Part shown: positions 47,115-57,143 of the stretch, piece by piece | Numbering within the stretch: position 1 is the stretch's first letter | How the letters are laid out: the number at the start of each line of letters is the position of its first letter | Program-made: the position numbers and the translations under genes | NCBI GenBank assembly: GCA_963666365.2 | Contig: CAXXNF010000002.1 | Span: 1,568,001-1,632,000 of the forward strand | Direction of reading: 5' to 3' | Source of the DNA: Syntrophales bacterium | Lineage (GTDB): Bacteria; Desulfobacterota; Syntrophia; Syntrophales; UBA2210 | DNA length: 64,000 nucleotides | Notes under the pieces: generated by a model | Told to the model about the DNA's origin: nothing | Databases searched by the model: none | Seen by the model: only the letters and a program-made list of their open reading frames with translations

Positions 47115-47144
47115 TTGACATAGTGTAGACGACTGGTCTATTAT
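47115..47144 (+). promoter_or_regulatory. Sigma70 promoter with overlapping palindromic operator
   Basis: TTGACA-18 nt-TATTAT; TAGAC-GACTG-GTCTA at 47126-47140. Confidence 0.6.
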
Positions 47145-47180
47145 TACCTTTCATGAAAAGAACCCACAAAGGAGCAGACG

Positions 47181-49118
47181 ATGAATACACTCAGCAACAT
47201 TTTTTCACCTCTGGAGATCAAATCCATGGTATTGGCAAACCGTGCGGTGATGCCGCCGATGGGGACGAATCTGGGCAATGCCGATGGAACGGTCAGCAAG
47301 GAAAACATTGCCTACATGCGGCGCCGCGCCCAGGGAAAACCGGGATTGATCATCACCGAAATCACCGGTGTCCATCCCAGCGGCATTGTAAGTCCCAATC
47401 AACTGGGCGCCTATGACGACCGCTTTATCCCTGGGCTTTCGGAACTGGTGTCGGTGGTCCATGATGAGGGAAGCAAGATCGCCCTTCAGATTCACCACGC
47501 CGGCCGTGAGAGCTTTTATTTGATCAGCCAGAACAAGGCCATCGGTCCTTCGGCTATACCGAGCATCGTCTTCAGAGGCGAACCTCGGGCGATGACCATC
47601 GATGAAATCCACGAAGTGATCGCATCCTTTGGCGCGGCGGCCCTTCGCGCCAAGAAGGCGGGATTCGATGCCGTCGAGATTCATTGCGCCCACGGCTATC
47701 TCCTCAATCAGTTCCTCTCCGCCCTGTCGAACCAGCGGACGGACGAGTACGGCGGCGCCACTCTCAAAGAACGCTCCCGGTTCGCTGTAGAAGTCATTGA
47801 GGCAGTACGGAAGAATGTGGGACCCGACTTCCCCATCTCGGTGCGGATCTCCACGGAAGAAGCCATCAAGGGGGGGTATACAGCCGACGACATGCAGTCT
47901 GTCCTGCCCGGTTTCGTGGCAGCGGGCGCCGATATTATTCATGCCTCCTTCGGAACCCACGGCAGCCCCGCAGGCATCACCCAGGCGCCTGCCGAGTATG
48001 CCCCCGGTTTCAATGCCTGGCTGGCACGAAAGGTTAAGGATGCGGTGACGGTTCCCGTAATCGCCGTGGGGCGCTTTACCGAACCGACGCTGGCCGACGA
48101 GGTAATCGCACGGGGCGATGCCGATCTGGTTGCCTTCGGCCGGCAGTTCCTGGCGGACCCCGATTTTCTGATCAAAGCGAAGGAAGGCAGACCGGAGGAT
48201 ATCCGCCGGTGCATTGCCTGCAATCAGGGGTGTATTGAACGGGAGATTCTCGGAGAAGGCAACATCCGCTGCTCCATCAATCCGGAAACGGGACAGGAAA
48301 CCATCCGCCCGGATGGACCGGCGGCAACGCCGAAGGATGTCTGGGTCGTCGGGGCCGGTCCCGGCGGACTAATCGCCGCTTCCGAGGCGGCACGGCTCGG
48401 CCACCGGGTCACACTCTTCGAAAAGGAGACGCGCCTGGGGGGCCAGACGCAGTACGCCCGCATACCGCCTCACAAAGAGGTCTATGGGGAGTGGATCGAC
48501 TGGCAGATCGCCCAGGTAGAAAAATCCCCGATTACGATCAAGACGGGAACGGAAGTGACGGAGGCCATGCTTGCAAACGACAAGCCCGGCTTTGTAATCC
48601 TCGCCACCGGCGGAGAGAAGATCATTCCCCCTGTTCCCGGCATCGACAGAGACTTTGTCTGTGACGCATGGCAGATTCTAGGCGGCGACGTGGCACCGGC
48701 AAAACGGGTGCTCGTCATCGGTGGAGGATTGATCGGCATGGAGGTCGCTGATTATCTCAGTGAACGGGGTACCGAGGTCACGCTGGTGGAGATGTTGAAA
48801 CGCTCACCGGTCCTGAAAATCACATCCCACGGCTACATGCTTCACAAACGTCTGCGCGACAAGAACTGCCAGTTGCTCTTCGCCACGACGGTTACTTCCA
48901 TCGGCGACGGAAACGTAGAAGTGGAAACGGCGGGAGAAAAGGCCACCATCGAACCCATCGATCAGGTGGTGGTGGCTGTGGGCCTCAAGGCACGGGACAC
49001 CCTCAAGGACGTGCTTGAATCAATGAAAATTCCCCACGCCGTCATCGGCGATGCCAGGAGTGCGCGGCGCATCATCGAGGCGACGGAAGAGGGGGCACGC
49101 GCCGCCTGGGAGATATAG
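47181..49118 (+). CDS. NADH:flavin oxidoreductase (old yellow enzyme / dienoyl-CoA reductase-like, Fe-S flavoprotein)
   Basis: NRAVMPPM, QIHHAGR, EIHCAHGYLL.QFLS, CIACNQGC, GAGPGG, GGGLIG. Confidence 0.92.
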   Translation: MNTLSNIFSPLEIKSMVLANRAVMPPMGTNLGNADGTVSKENIAYMRRRAQGKPGLIITEITGVHPSGIVSPNQLGAYDDRFIPGLSELVSVVHDEGSKIALQIHHAGRESFYLISQNKAIGPSAIPSIVFRGEPRAMTIDEIHEVIASFGAAALRAKKAGFDAVEIHCAHGYLLNQFLSALSNQRTDEYGGATLKERSRFAVEVIEAVRKNVGPDFPISVRISTEEAIKGGYTADDMQSVLPGFVAAGADIIHASFGTHGSPAGITQAPAEYAPGFNAWLARKVKDAVTVPVIAVGRFTEPTLADEVIARGDADLVAFGRQFLADPDFLIKAKEGRPEDIRRCIACNQGCIEREILGEGNIRCSINPETGQETIRPDGPAATPKDVWVVGAGPGGLIAASEAARLGHRVTLFEKETRLGGQTQYARIPPHKEVYGEWIDWQIAQVEKSPITIKTGTEVTEAMLANDKPGFVILATGGEKIIPPVPGIDRDFVCDAWQILGGDVAPAKRVLVIGGGLIGMEVADYLSERGTEVTLVEMLKRSPVLKITSHGYMLHKRLRDKNCQLLFATTVTSIGDGNVEVETAGEKATIEPIDQVVVAVGLKARDTLKDVLESMKIPHAVIGDARSARRIIEATEEGARAAWEI

Positions 49119-49173
49119 TTATCTGGTCTGTCTGGTCTGTTATGTGTTGAGACCGCAGATTAGCTAAACACAC

Positions 49174-49212
49174 AAAAGGGGAAGACACAGTGTGGTGTCT
49201 TCCCCTTTTTTT
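49174..49212. terminator. Bidirectional terminator
   Basis: AAAAGGGGAAGACAC/GTGTCTTCCCCTTTT plus T-run between convergent genes. Confidence 0.85.
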
Positions 49213-49257
49213 CTATTCGCTGCCATTACCAGGCAAGATAAAACTGTGGACCGGTCC

Positions 49258-50106
49258 TTATTTTTGCTGGAGAAACTCGACCAGAAGCCTGTTGACCTCT
49301 GCCGGTTTGTCGAGCTGCAGCCAGTGGCCGGCATCCTCGATGCGCTCGTAGCGCCAGGGCCCGGTTACGTAATCGGCGGAGCGAACCATGGGTCGCTCGG
49401 TCAGATAGGCGTCGCCGCTGCTCCAGATCCCCATGGTGGGAACAGATATCGCGGGAATCGTTACAGGCTCTTCAAGTTCTTTTTCGGGACCGAGATTCGC
49501 CCGGTACCAGTTAAGAGCCGCCGTGAAGGCCTTCGGATCGGAAAAGCCTTCTATCCACTTTTCGACCTCGCTGTGATCTCGCAATATCTCGCGAAAGAGC
49601 TTCCAGTTGTTCCGGCTCAGCAATGCTTCCGCCGTTCCTTTGAACTGAAAAAAGAGAAAGTACCAGGATTTCTCACGCTGTTCCGGCGTTCGCTCCCGGG
49701 TGCACATGGGATGTCCCACAGAAAGAGGAACGAGACTGTTCACCCGCTGGGGATAAAAGGCGGCCAGCACCCAGGCGATGGCCGCGCCCATATCGTGACC
49801 TACCACATGAGCCTTTTCGATTTCGAGTGCATCGAGAACCCCCACCATATCGCCCACGAGGTTGATCAATCCGTAGGCGGCAGTCTCCTCCGGTTTGTCC
49901 GACTTTCCGAATCCCCGCACATCCGGGGCAATTACCCGGAACCCGGCATCCACAAGAGCCGGCATCTGGTGTCGCCACACATAGGAGGTATCGGGAAATC
50001 CATGAACCAGAAGCACCGCAGGGCCTTCGCCCTCATCAATCACATGTAAATTCAGCCCATTGACTGTCAACATCTTCCCTTTCATGTTCATCGCTGCACC
50101 TTTCAT
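49258..50106 (-). CDS. Alpha/beta hydrolase (epoxide hydrolase-like)
   Basis: HGFP, GHDMG (Asp nucleophile), LNWYRA, GHW; true start may be 50091 or 50085. Confidence 0.88.
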   Translation of the reverse strand: MKGAAMNMKGKMLTVNGLNLHVIDEGEGPAVLLVHGFPDTSYVWRHQMPALVDAGFRVIAPDVRGFGKSDKPEETAAYGLINLVGDMVGVLDALEIEKAHVVGHDMGAAIAWVLAAFYPQRVNSLVPLSVGHPMCTRERTPEQREKSWYFLFFQFKGTAEALLSRNNWKLFREILRDHSEVEKWIEGFSDPKAFTAALNWYRANLGPEKELEEPVTIPAISVPTMGIWSSGDAYLTERPMVRSADYVTGPWRYERIEDAGHWLQLDKPAEVNRLLVEFLQQK

Positions 50107-50115
50107 CGGGTCATC

Positions 50116-50189
50116 GGGGACACTTCCCTATTTTTACATTTTAAAAAGGAATGTGTCCCCGCGTTATCTGAAAAATAGGGAAGTGTCCC
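50116..50189. repeat. REP-like cluster (three units) related to the RAYT repeats
   Basis: GGGGACACTTCCCTATTTTT (50116-50135), inverted variant (50143-50160), inverted AAAAATAGGGAAGTGTCCC (50171-50189). Confidence 0.8.
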
Positions 50190-51547
50190 TACTTCTTGCA
50201 TCGCTCCAGATCATCCGGCACCGGGGGCATACAGTGTTCTGCGGGAACTACGAAGGGGGCTGTGTAACTTGCATAATCCTCACTCCATGAAGTGGGAAAC
50301 CCGAGCTCCGTCACATACATGTCCCGAATGACCTGATGATCGCACGCCCTCATTTTGGTCATTCCATTAATGGCCTTGTATTCGTCTCCTTCCCATAGGG
50401 CTATAATTTTTTCTGCATCCGTAGTACCGGCTCGTTCTATCACATCCATGAGCCAATACCCCATTGACGTAACCGCACCGATGGGACCAAATGGGTATTT
50501 CCACAGTTTATGGTTATATGGTTTTTCCCACTTTTCCCATGCCGCACTCCATGATTTTACTAAAGCCTTTTGCTCGGGCGTATCGATGGTAAGCACATTA
50601 TCTGAAATGACCACAATTCCTACTCCGGCCGGTCCGCCAATTGATTCCAGTGCAGAAACATGGTCCGTTTCATATCCCGCGATGGGAAGCTTTATCCCCA
50701 GACTCTTTGACTGCTTAATGAGGTTTTCAACATCGGCGCCCCAATCGGATGTTACGATAACATCTGCATCGGAACCTTGAATCTTGGTCAGATATGGCGC
50801 GAAATCTTTAAGGAACAGGGGATGATATTCCTCCCCAACGATAACCGCATCCGGTTTATACTGTTTCAAGCCCTTTTTAAAGGCATCGGCAAAGGAATGG
50901 CCGAATGAGTAATCCTGATTGAGGATGTAAAACTTGTTTTCTGGTCGTTTTGAATAAAAGTATCCCAGTGCACTGAACATGCTTGTGTTCTGCCGAATGC
51001 GGAAGGTGTAACGATTAAAGTTCTTACCATCCATAAGAGAGTCCGAATACCCCGCATAGTTTACAAAAATCACCTTATGTTTATCTGCAACGTTTTGGGC
51101 GACCAAACAGAGGTGGCTTCCCGTCACACCCACGATCACATCGACTTTTTCTTCAAGACAGAGCTTTTCCGCCGCCTTTTTGGTCGTAGCCGGCTTTCCT
51201 TGGGCATCCGCCTTTACAATCTGTATCTTTTTCTTTTTTCCATCGACAAGGATACCGCCTCGCTTGTTAATGTCATGTATAACCCAACCGAACACCAGGC
51301 TGTAGGCAACACCGCTTAAGGCGCCAGGTCCTGAGAAGGTCTCCAAATGGCCTATCTTTATCGTATCGCCGGTTGGAACGATCTGGTTATTGGGATCGAA
51401 ATCAGACATGTCCGACATTTTGCTTGCATCAAAACCCGACATGACGGCCAAGGCCTGCGACATCATGAGACCGAACAACATCACCACGCACAAGAATCCA
51501 ACCGCCACTACTCGCCTACTCTTACGAACGACTATCCTACTTTTCAT
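50189..51547 (-). CDS. ABC substrate-binding protein, LivK family (paralog 3, more diverged)
   Basis: FDASKMSDMSDFDP, NQDYSFGH, KDFAPYLTKI, MRACDHQ, DLERCKK; GGAGG RBS before MKSRIV. Confidence 0.88.
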   Translation of the reverse strand: MKSRIVVRKSRRVVAVGFLCVVMLFGLMMSQALAVMSGFDASKMSDMSDFDPNNQIVPTGDTIKIGHLETFSGPGALSGVAYSLVFGWVIHDINKRGGILVDGKKKKIQIVKADAQGKPATTKKAAEKLCLEEKVDVIVGVTGSHLCLVAQNVADKHKVIFVNYAGYSDSLMDGKNFNRYTFRIRQNTSMFSALGYFYSKRPENKFYILNQDYSFGHSFADAFKKGLKQYKPDAVIVGEEYHPLFLKDFAPYLTKIQGSDADVIVTSDWGADVENLIKQSKSLGIKLPIAGYETDHVSALESIGGPAGVGIVVISDNVLTIDTPEQKALVKSWSAAWEKWEKPYNHKLWKYPFGPIGAVTSMGYWLMDVIERAGTTDAEKIIALWEGDEYKAINGMTKMRACDHQVIRDMYVTELGFPTSWSEDYASYTAPFVVPAEHCMPPVPDDLERCKK

Positions 51548-51583
51548 ACGTGCCTCCTTTGCGCTTTTAACGCCTTTTTTTGA

Positions 51584-51671
51584 GGGACACTTCCCTATTT
51601 TTTTTTGCGGACAGACCTGTGTTTCCACTTTTATATCAAGCGGTTACAGACAAAAAATAGGGAAGTGTCCC
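51584..51671. repeat. REP-like inverted doublet
   Basis: GGGACACTTCCCTATTTTTT ... AAAAAATAGGGAAGTGTCCC. Confidence 0.8.
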
Positions 51672-53320
51672 TACTTTTTAACCTCTTCGTCCCTCAGAAT
51701 CCTCCGAAGGACCTTCCCTACGGCCGACTGTGGCAGGCTCTCCCGAAACTCGACCAGTTTCGGCACCTTGTAGCCGGTCAGCTTCTCCTTGCAAAATGTG
51801 ATGATATCGTCTGCCGTCGCACTTTCCCCCTCTTTCAGCACGACAAACGCCTTGACCGTTTCGCCGCGATATGCGTGGGGTACACCGACCGAGATTGCCT
51901 CTTTGACCTTAGGGTGCTGGTGCAACACTTCGTCGATCTCCCGGGGATAAATATTGAATCCCCCGGCGATGATCATATCTTTCTTGCGGTCGACGATAAA
52001 AAAATACCCATCTTCGTCCTGAATGGCAACATCGCCGGTATAGAGCCATCCATCCTTTATCTGCCCCGCCGTTTCTTCGGGATTGTTCCAGTATCCCTTT
52101 GTCACGGTGGGACCCTTGATGACCATCTCTCCCGGCTCTCCCTGGGACACTTCGGTAATCTCATCCTCCAGACTGACGAGACGCACGTCGGTATCAATAA
52201 CGGGGATGCCGATGCTGCCCGCCTTTGAAAGGCCGAGCAGGGGATTCTGCGTGCCGGCACAGGTGGTTTCGCTCATAGACCAGCCTTCGCTGTAGAAAAT
52301 GCCCATATCCTTTATGCGGTTAATGATTTCCACCGGCATGGGCGCCCCGCCGGAATTCAAAAGTCCCAGTTTTCTGTCGAGCCCCATTGATTCCGCACGG
52401 GGATGATTAATAATGGCCGAAATCATCGTGGGCACCGTGGGGAAGGCGAGAATCTCCTTGTAGCCAGCGAGCAGATCCATCATCTCGTCGATCCTGAACT
52501 CCGGTACGAGGATCTGGGTGGCACAGTTGAACACGGAAAGATTGATGACGGCGATATTCCCGTAAATGTGGAAAAAGGGAATCGCCCCCATCCAGAACCG
52601 GCGTTCCGGCGGTGTCAACTGGGCGATGGGACTCGTCCACAGCGACTGACCGACAGTGGCAGCGATCACATTGGCATGGGACAACACGGCCCCTTTGGGC
52701 ACTCCCGTCGTGCCCCCCGTAAACTGTATGAGGGCCGGATCTTCCGGCCTGATCGCCACCTGGGGACGGCGCGTGGCAGTGCATTCGTCAAGCACTTTGG
52801 AATAGTAGTGCCATCCCTTTTCGAGCTCCGGCGGCCTCTGCGATCCACCCGGCTTGGCGAAATCCCGAAGCCGCGTCACAATGACCCGTGCAACCTCCAC
52901 ATTCTTTGACAAGACACTCACCGTGGGAAGCGCCGTATCAACGGTAAACAGGGTTGTAATGCCGGTGGACTCAAAGACTCCCTTCAGTTCTTCGGCCGTG
53001 TAGAGAGGGTTGAGATTCACCACAATGGCCCCAAGCGACAGTATTGCGTAATAGGCGATGATATACTGCGGGCATGTGGGCAGATGCACGCCGACCCGGT
53101 CTCCCTGCTTCACCCCCATGGCGCCCAGGGCATTGGCCATGCGCAGCACCTGCTGCCGCAATTGCCAGAATGTGATTTCCGCCCCGAGAAAGTGGACCGC
53201 CGCCTTGTCCGGATAGGCATTGGCGGGAATCTGGAGAAGATCGGACACCGCAAGGCGGGGCCTGCGGATTGTAAGCGGCACATTATAGTCATAGTGACGA
53301 TGCCAGCGTTTCTCTTCCAT
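51671..53320 (-). CDS. Long-chain fatty acid-CoA ligase
   Basis: QFTGGTTGVPKG, GWSMSET, GWLYTGD, DRKKDMII, SAVGKVLR. Confidence 0.92.
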   Translation of the reverse strand: MEEKRWHRHYDYNVPLTIRRPRLAVSDLLQIPANAYPDKAAVHFLGAEITFWQLRQQVLRMANALGAMGVKQGDRVGVHLPTCPQYIIAYYAILSLGAIVVNLNPLYTAEELKGVFESTGITTLFTVDTALPTVSVLSKNVEVARVIVTRLRDFAKPGGSQRPPELEKGWHYYSKVLDECTATRRPQVAIRPEDPALIQFTGGTTGVPKGAVLSHANVIAATVGQSLWTSPIAQLTPPERRFWMGAIPFFHIYGNIAVINLSVFNCATQILVPEFRIDEMMDLLAGYKEILAFPTVPTMISAIINHPRAESMGLDRKLGLLNSGGAPMPVEIINRIKDMGIFYSEGWSMSETTCAGTQNPLLGLSKAGSIGIPVIDTDVRLVSLEDEITEVSQGEPGEMVIKGPTVTKGYWNNPEETAGQIKDGWLYTGDVAIQDEDGYFFIVDRKKDMIIAGGFNIYPREIDEVLHQHPKVKEAISVGVPHAYRGETVKAFVVLKEGESATADDIITFCKEKLTGYKVPKLVEFRESLPQSAVGKVLRRILRDEEVKK

Positions 53321-53423
53321 CGTTTCTTACCTCCTTGCACTCACAATCTGATAATTATCACGCGGTAAAATCTTCAAGTCAACGACGAAAAAATGGTCGT
53401 ATAATGTGAGCATTTTACTAACA

Positions 53424-54332
53424 CTAACTAAGTGACGCGAGAAAGGACTGGAGATTAACTTTCCGGTGTTTCAGGCCGAGTTTATTGCGTATGTGGTAAC
53501 GATGAAGGTGGACGGCACTGGGTGTCACATGGAGCAGCACAGCAATCTCTCTGGATGTTTTACCATTCCTGATAAGATCGGCCACTTCTATTTCCCGGGG
53601 CGTGAACTTCGAATAGCGGGCTTTCATGGTCACGAGAAAGGGGGAAAGCACTTCGTTGAGATGCGCTCTGATGATGTCAAGATATGCTTCCTGCTGTGCA
53701 TCGAGCGACGTCGTTGCAAGTCTTTCCACATAGGGAATCACAAGTTCCTTAATGTTGGAAAGGAATTTCTGCTCGATTTCTTCTTGATCGTTCTCCCGAT
53801 GCGCGAGAAGCACCTTCAAGGCCGTGTTGGTCTCCTCAAGGTTCCGGCTTTTCGTCTTCAAATCTTCTTCCGTCTGCTTCTTCTTCGTAATATCGCTCAC
53901 GAAATTTAAGGTCGCAGGGCGGCCTTCCCATAAAATCAAGACCGCATTCAGTTCCACCCATTTGACATTCCCTTCTTTATCCACGATTCTGTGGTGGTAG
54001 ATGCGTGACATGTTCTCACCGGCAATCATTCTCTTAAACCCTTCTGACACTATTTCTTGATCTTCAGGGTGGGTAAGGAGCATCCTGTCCATTGTAAGAA
54101 GTTCTCCCCTGGAATACCCTGACATTTCTTCGGTCTTGGGATTTACAAACTTCATCCTGTCATCCTGGGCAACAAAGATGGCTTCGTGCGCGTTCTCTAT
54201 AATCAGTTGGTAATGGTGTTGGTTCCATGTGTGGGAGTCGTCTTCCCTGGATCCTTTTATCCACTCAGATTCACTAATGCCGCTTTTTATCTCACGTAAC
54301 TCCCGCATCGGTGATTCCCCGATCTTTTTCAT
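53424..54332 (-). CDS. PAS + LuxR-type HTH transcriptional regulator
   Basis: PAS (FVNP...MSGY), LEETNTALKVLL coil, FTPREIEVA.LI..GKTSREIA..L...HR..IRNKLG; start uncertain. Confidence 0.85.
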   Translation of the reverse strand: MKKIGESPMRELREIKSGISESEWIKGSREDDSHTWNQHHYQLIIENAHEAIFVAQDDRMKFVNPKTEEMSGYSRGELLTMDRMLLTHPEDQEIVSEGFKRMIAGENMSRIYHHRIVDKEGNVKWVELNAVLILWEGRPATLNFVSDITKKKQTEEDLKTKSRNLEETNTALKVLLAHRENDQEEIEQKFLSNIKELVIPYVERLATTSLDAQQEAYLDIIRAHLNEVLSPFLVTMKARYSKFTPREIEVADLIRNGKTSREIAVLLHVTPSAVHLHRYHIRNKLGLKHRKVNLQSFLASLS

Positions 54333-54530
54333 GTTCTTAAAGGCCTCTTCCCGATCTGAATTAAAGACGCCGCATCGACGAGCATGCTGAAAATCCTTGA
54401 CATCGACACAGATAGCGGTATTGTCCTTAATTGTTCGCAATAACATCTTTTTCGACTTTTTGCGAGCCTGTCAAAGGTATCCGTAGACGACCGCTGCACA
54501 CTCAAATCCGCAAGGATGGGGGGAATATCC

Positions 54531-55310
54531 ATGATATTTTCTGATATTACGTATGAAAAAACAGAAGGTATTGCCAGAGTTACCATCAACAGACCGGAAC
54601 ACATGAATGCTTTTCGCACGGAAACGCTTATTGAAATGGCACAAGCCTTTGAGGATATTGGGATCGACCGATCAATCGGCGTGACCGTTTTGCGAGGCGC
54701 CGGCAACCGGGCGTTCTGTGTGGGAGGCGACACGGGCGATGCGGAAGGCGCCGGATACCGTCCCGAGCTTATGGTGTATGTTCGTCGTGTTCACGATCTC
54801 ATCAGGAAAACGCCCGTTCCGGTCATCGCCGCCGTAAACGGTTATGCTATTGGCGGCGGCCAGGTGCTGCAGGCCCTCTGCGATCTTTCGATCGCCGCGG
54901 AACACGCTGTCTTCGGACAGGTCGGTCCCAGGGTGGGCAGCTTCGATGCCGGCTACGGCGCGGCCTATCTTACCAGGGTTGTGGGAGAAAAAAGGGCGCG
55001 TGAAATGTGGTTTCTCTGCGAACGCTACACGGCTCAGGAAGCAAAAGAGATGGGGCTTGTAAATAAAGTGGTCCCAAAAGAAAATCTGGACGAAGAAGTG
55101 CAGAACTGGTGCCGTAAAATTATTGCCTTGAGCCCTTCGGCGCTGCGAATTCTGAAGGCCTCATTCAACCGTGAAAGCGATCATATCTCCGGTTCCGAGG
55201 CAATGGCCTTTAACACGGCTGAACTATACTATAAAACGGAGGAAGCAGAGGAAGGAAAGAGAGCCTATATGGAAAAGAGAGCAACGGATTTCGGCCGCTT
55301 CAGAAAATGA
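54531..55310 (+). CDS. MenB/BadI-like crotonase (naphthoate synthase or 2-ketocyclohexanecarboxyl-CoA hydrolase)
   Basis: INRP...NAFR, AFCVGGD, GQVGPRVGSFDAGYG, VGEKRAREMWFLC. Confidence 0.82.
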   Translation: MIFSDITYEKTEGIARVTINRPEHMNAFRTETLIEMAQAFEDIGIDRSIGVTVLRGAGNRAFCVGGDTGDAEGAGYRPELMVYVRRVHDLIRKTPVPVIAAVNGYAIGGGQVLQALCDLSIAAEHAVFGQVGPRVGSFDAGYGAAYLTRVVGEKRAREMWFLCERYTAQEAKEMGLVNKVVPKENLDEEVQNWCRKIIALSPSALRILKASFNRESDHISGSEAMAFNTAELYYKTEEAEEGKRAYMEKRATDFGRFRK

Positions 55311-55323
55311 AAGGAGAAACACT

Positions 55324-55725
55324 ATGGCAAGAACACACAATAATACTCATAATATGGTGATAGGCTATATTCTCTGGATCTTCGGCTTTCTGGGCGCCCA
55401 TCGGTTTTACTACGGAAAGCCTGTGACGGGCACCATCTATTTTTTCACCCTGGGGCTTCTCTTCATCGGCTGGATCGTCGATCTCTTCTTAATCCCCTCC
55501 ATGGATCGCCAGGCCGATCTTCGTTTCACCAAGGGGCCCATTGACTATAATATCGCCTGGATTCTGCTGACCTTTCTCGGCATCCTGGGGGTTCACCGCA
55601 TGTACATGGGGAAATGGATTACCGGCATCATATACCTTCTTACGGGCGGCCTCGTCGGTATCGGGTATATTTACGACTACTGGACACTCAACGATCAGAT
55701 CACGATGCTGCACAATCGGTCCTGA
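55324..55725 (+). CDS. TM2 domain protein
   Basis: Two repeats G.HR.Y.GK..TG..Y..T.GL..IG..D. Confidence 0.9.
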   Translation: MARTHNNTHNMVIGYILWIFGFLGAHRFYYGKPVTGTIYFFTLGLLFIGWIVDLFLIPSMDRQADLRFTKGPIDYNIAWILLTFLGILGVHRMYMGKWITGIIYLLTGGLVGIGYIYDYWTLNDQITMLHNRS

Positions 55726-55736
55726 AGCAGCAACAC

Positions 55737-57143
55737 TTACAGGCCTGTCGATTCGTTCCGGAATGTGTGATATCGGTAAAGCGCCCACAGGGCCTTCGCA
55801 GCCGTCTCCGGCGCACTCACAATTGTCAGATGAGGGCCGAACATATCCTTTACAAGGCTCATCCAGTATTCGCTTCCCACGGTGTAGAGGAGCACCGGTT
55901 TCTCCGGCGCGGCCTTTCTTATTTTTTCGGCTTCACCGTATAGAATGGATGGATCGATACCCCCCTCGACAATAGCCTTGATGATTGTGCCCGGTATCAC
56001 CGGGATGGCGATAACGCCGTTCACGCGTTCGTCCTTCAGCGCCGCCTCCAGGGCAACGCCGAAGAGCCCCGAGGGCCCTACGTCAAGAGGATTCCTGACA
56101 TTCATCCATGCCGGGGCCTGACTCTTCACCGCCGCCACCGCCTCCGGACCCAGTTCGGGAAACTGCAGACCAAGCTGAAAAGCGGCGTCGGCGGCCATGA
56201 CACCAAGGGAACCGGACGATGTGACCACTGAAATATTTGGACCTTTCATGAGCGGTTCACGGGAAAAGACGCGGGCCATATCAAAAAGTTCCTGAAACGT
56301 CGCGGCCCGGATCACCCCGGACTGATGGAAAAACCCCTCGTAAAGGGCATCATCACCGCTCAGGCTCCCCGTATGAGAGGCGGCCGCCTTCTTTCCCACC
56401 TCGGTGCGACCGCTTTTATAGATCAGCACCGGCTTTTTTAACGACACTTCCCGGGCCGCCTTCATAAATCGAGATCCCTCTTTCGCCCCTTCGAGATAGA
56501 GCACAATGACATCGGTTCTTTCATCGGCGCCGAAATGGTACAGCATATCCGTTTCATCGACATCGATACGATTGCCGATTGTCACCAGTCCGCTCAAGGC
56601 CAGATCCTGGCTGGGCGCCCAGTCGGCGACAATATTGCCGAAAACGCCGCTTTGGGCAATAACGCCAACATTTCCGGGACGAATTGCATCAAAATCCACC
56701 TCAGTTGAGGCAAAGCGCTCATGGGGATTGACAAGTCCCACGCAATTGGGACCGATGAGTCGTGTACCGGTCCCGCGAATAAGTGTCTCGATATCTTTCT
56801 CAAGAACCGTCCCCTCTGACCCTGTCTCACTGAATCCGGCGGATTCAAGAATGACGGCGGGAATTTCTTTTTCAATACAGTCACTTATAACTCCATGCAC
56901 CTGCGCTTTTGGCACGATGATGATCGCAAGGTCGATGCGATGGGGAATTTCAGTTACCCGCCTGTAGACGGGCAACCCCTCTATCTCCGTTTCACGGGGA
57001 TTGACAGGATAGAGACAATTGCCGTAGCCGTTTCGCTTCAGAAAAGCGGGAATTCCGCTGCCGAATCCGGCTTTTTTTGTCGCCCCGATAATCGCGATTG
57101 AACGGGGCCTGAAAAATTGATCGGGAAGAGCAGGGAACAACAT
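55737..57143 (-). CDS. CoA-binding protein, NDP-forming acyl-CoA synthetase alpha-subunit-like
   Basis: FRPRSIAIIGA, YPVNP, IGPNCVG, QSG, AAASHTGSL, NPLDV. Confidence 0.85.
   Translation of the reverse strand: MLFPALPDQFFRPRSIAIIGATKKAGFGSGIPAFLKRNGYGNCLYPVNPRETEIEGLPVYRRVTEIPHRIDLAIIIVPKAQVHGVISDCIEKEIPAVILESAGFSETGSEGTVLEKDIETLIRGTGTRLIGPNCVGLVNPHERFASTEVDFDAIRPGNVGVIAQSGVFGNIVADWAPSQDLALSGLVTIGNRIDVDETDMLYHFGADERTDVIVLYLEGAKEGSRFMKAAREVSLKKPVLIYKSGRTEVGKKAAASHTGSLSGDDALYEGFFHQSGVIRAATFQELFDMARVFSREPLMKGPNISVVTSSGSLGVMAADAAFQLGLQFPELGPEAVAAVKSQAPAWMNVRNPLDVGPSGLFGVALEAALKDERVNGVIAIPVIPGTIIKAIVEGGIDPSILYGEAEKIRKAAPEKPVLLYTVGSEYWMSLVKDMFGPHLTIVSAPETAAKALWALYRYHTFRNESTGL

Noticed and set aside
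51548..51628. N-terminal ORF extensions in the track (e.g. METQVCPQKKIGKCP; also 46742-47059, 19166-19390, 54333-54446, 59279-59455)
   Set aside because: They run through repeats or neighbouring genes; downstream starts fit RBS positions and family N-termini better
54450..54475. CGACTTTTTGCGAGCCTGTCAA as a REP half-site
   Set aside because: Resembles a repeat end, but no partner arm or second copy is visible here
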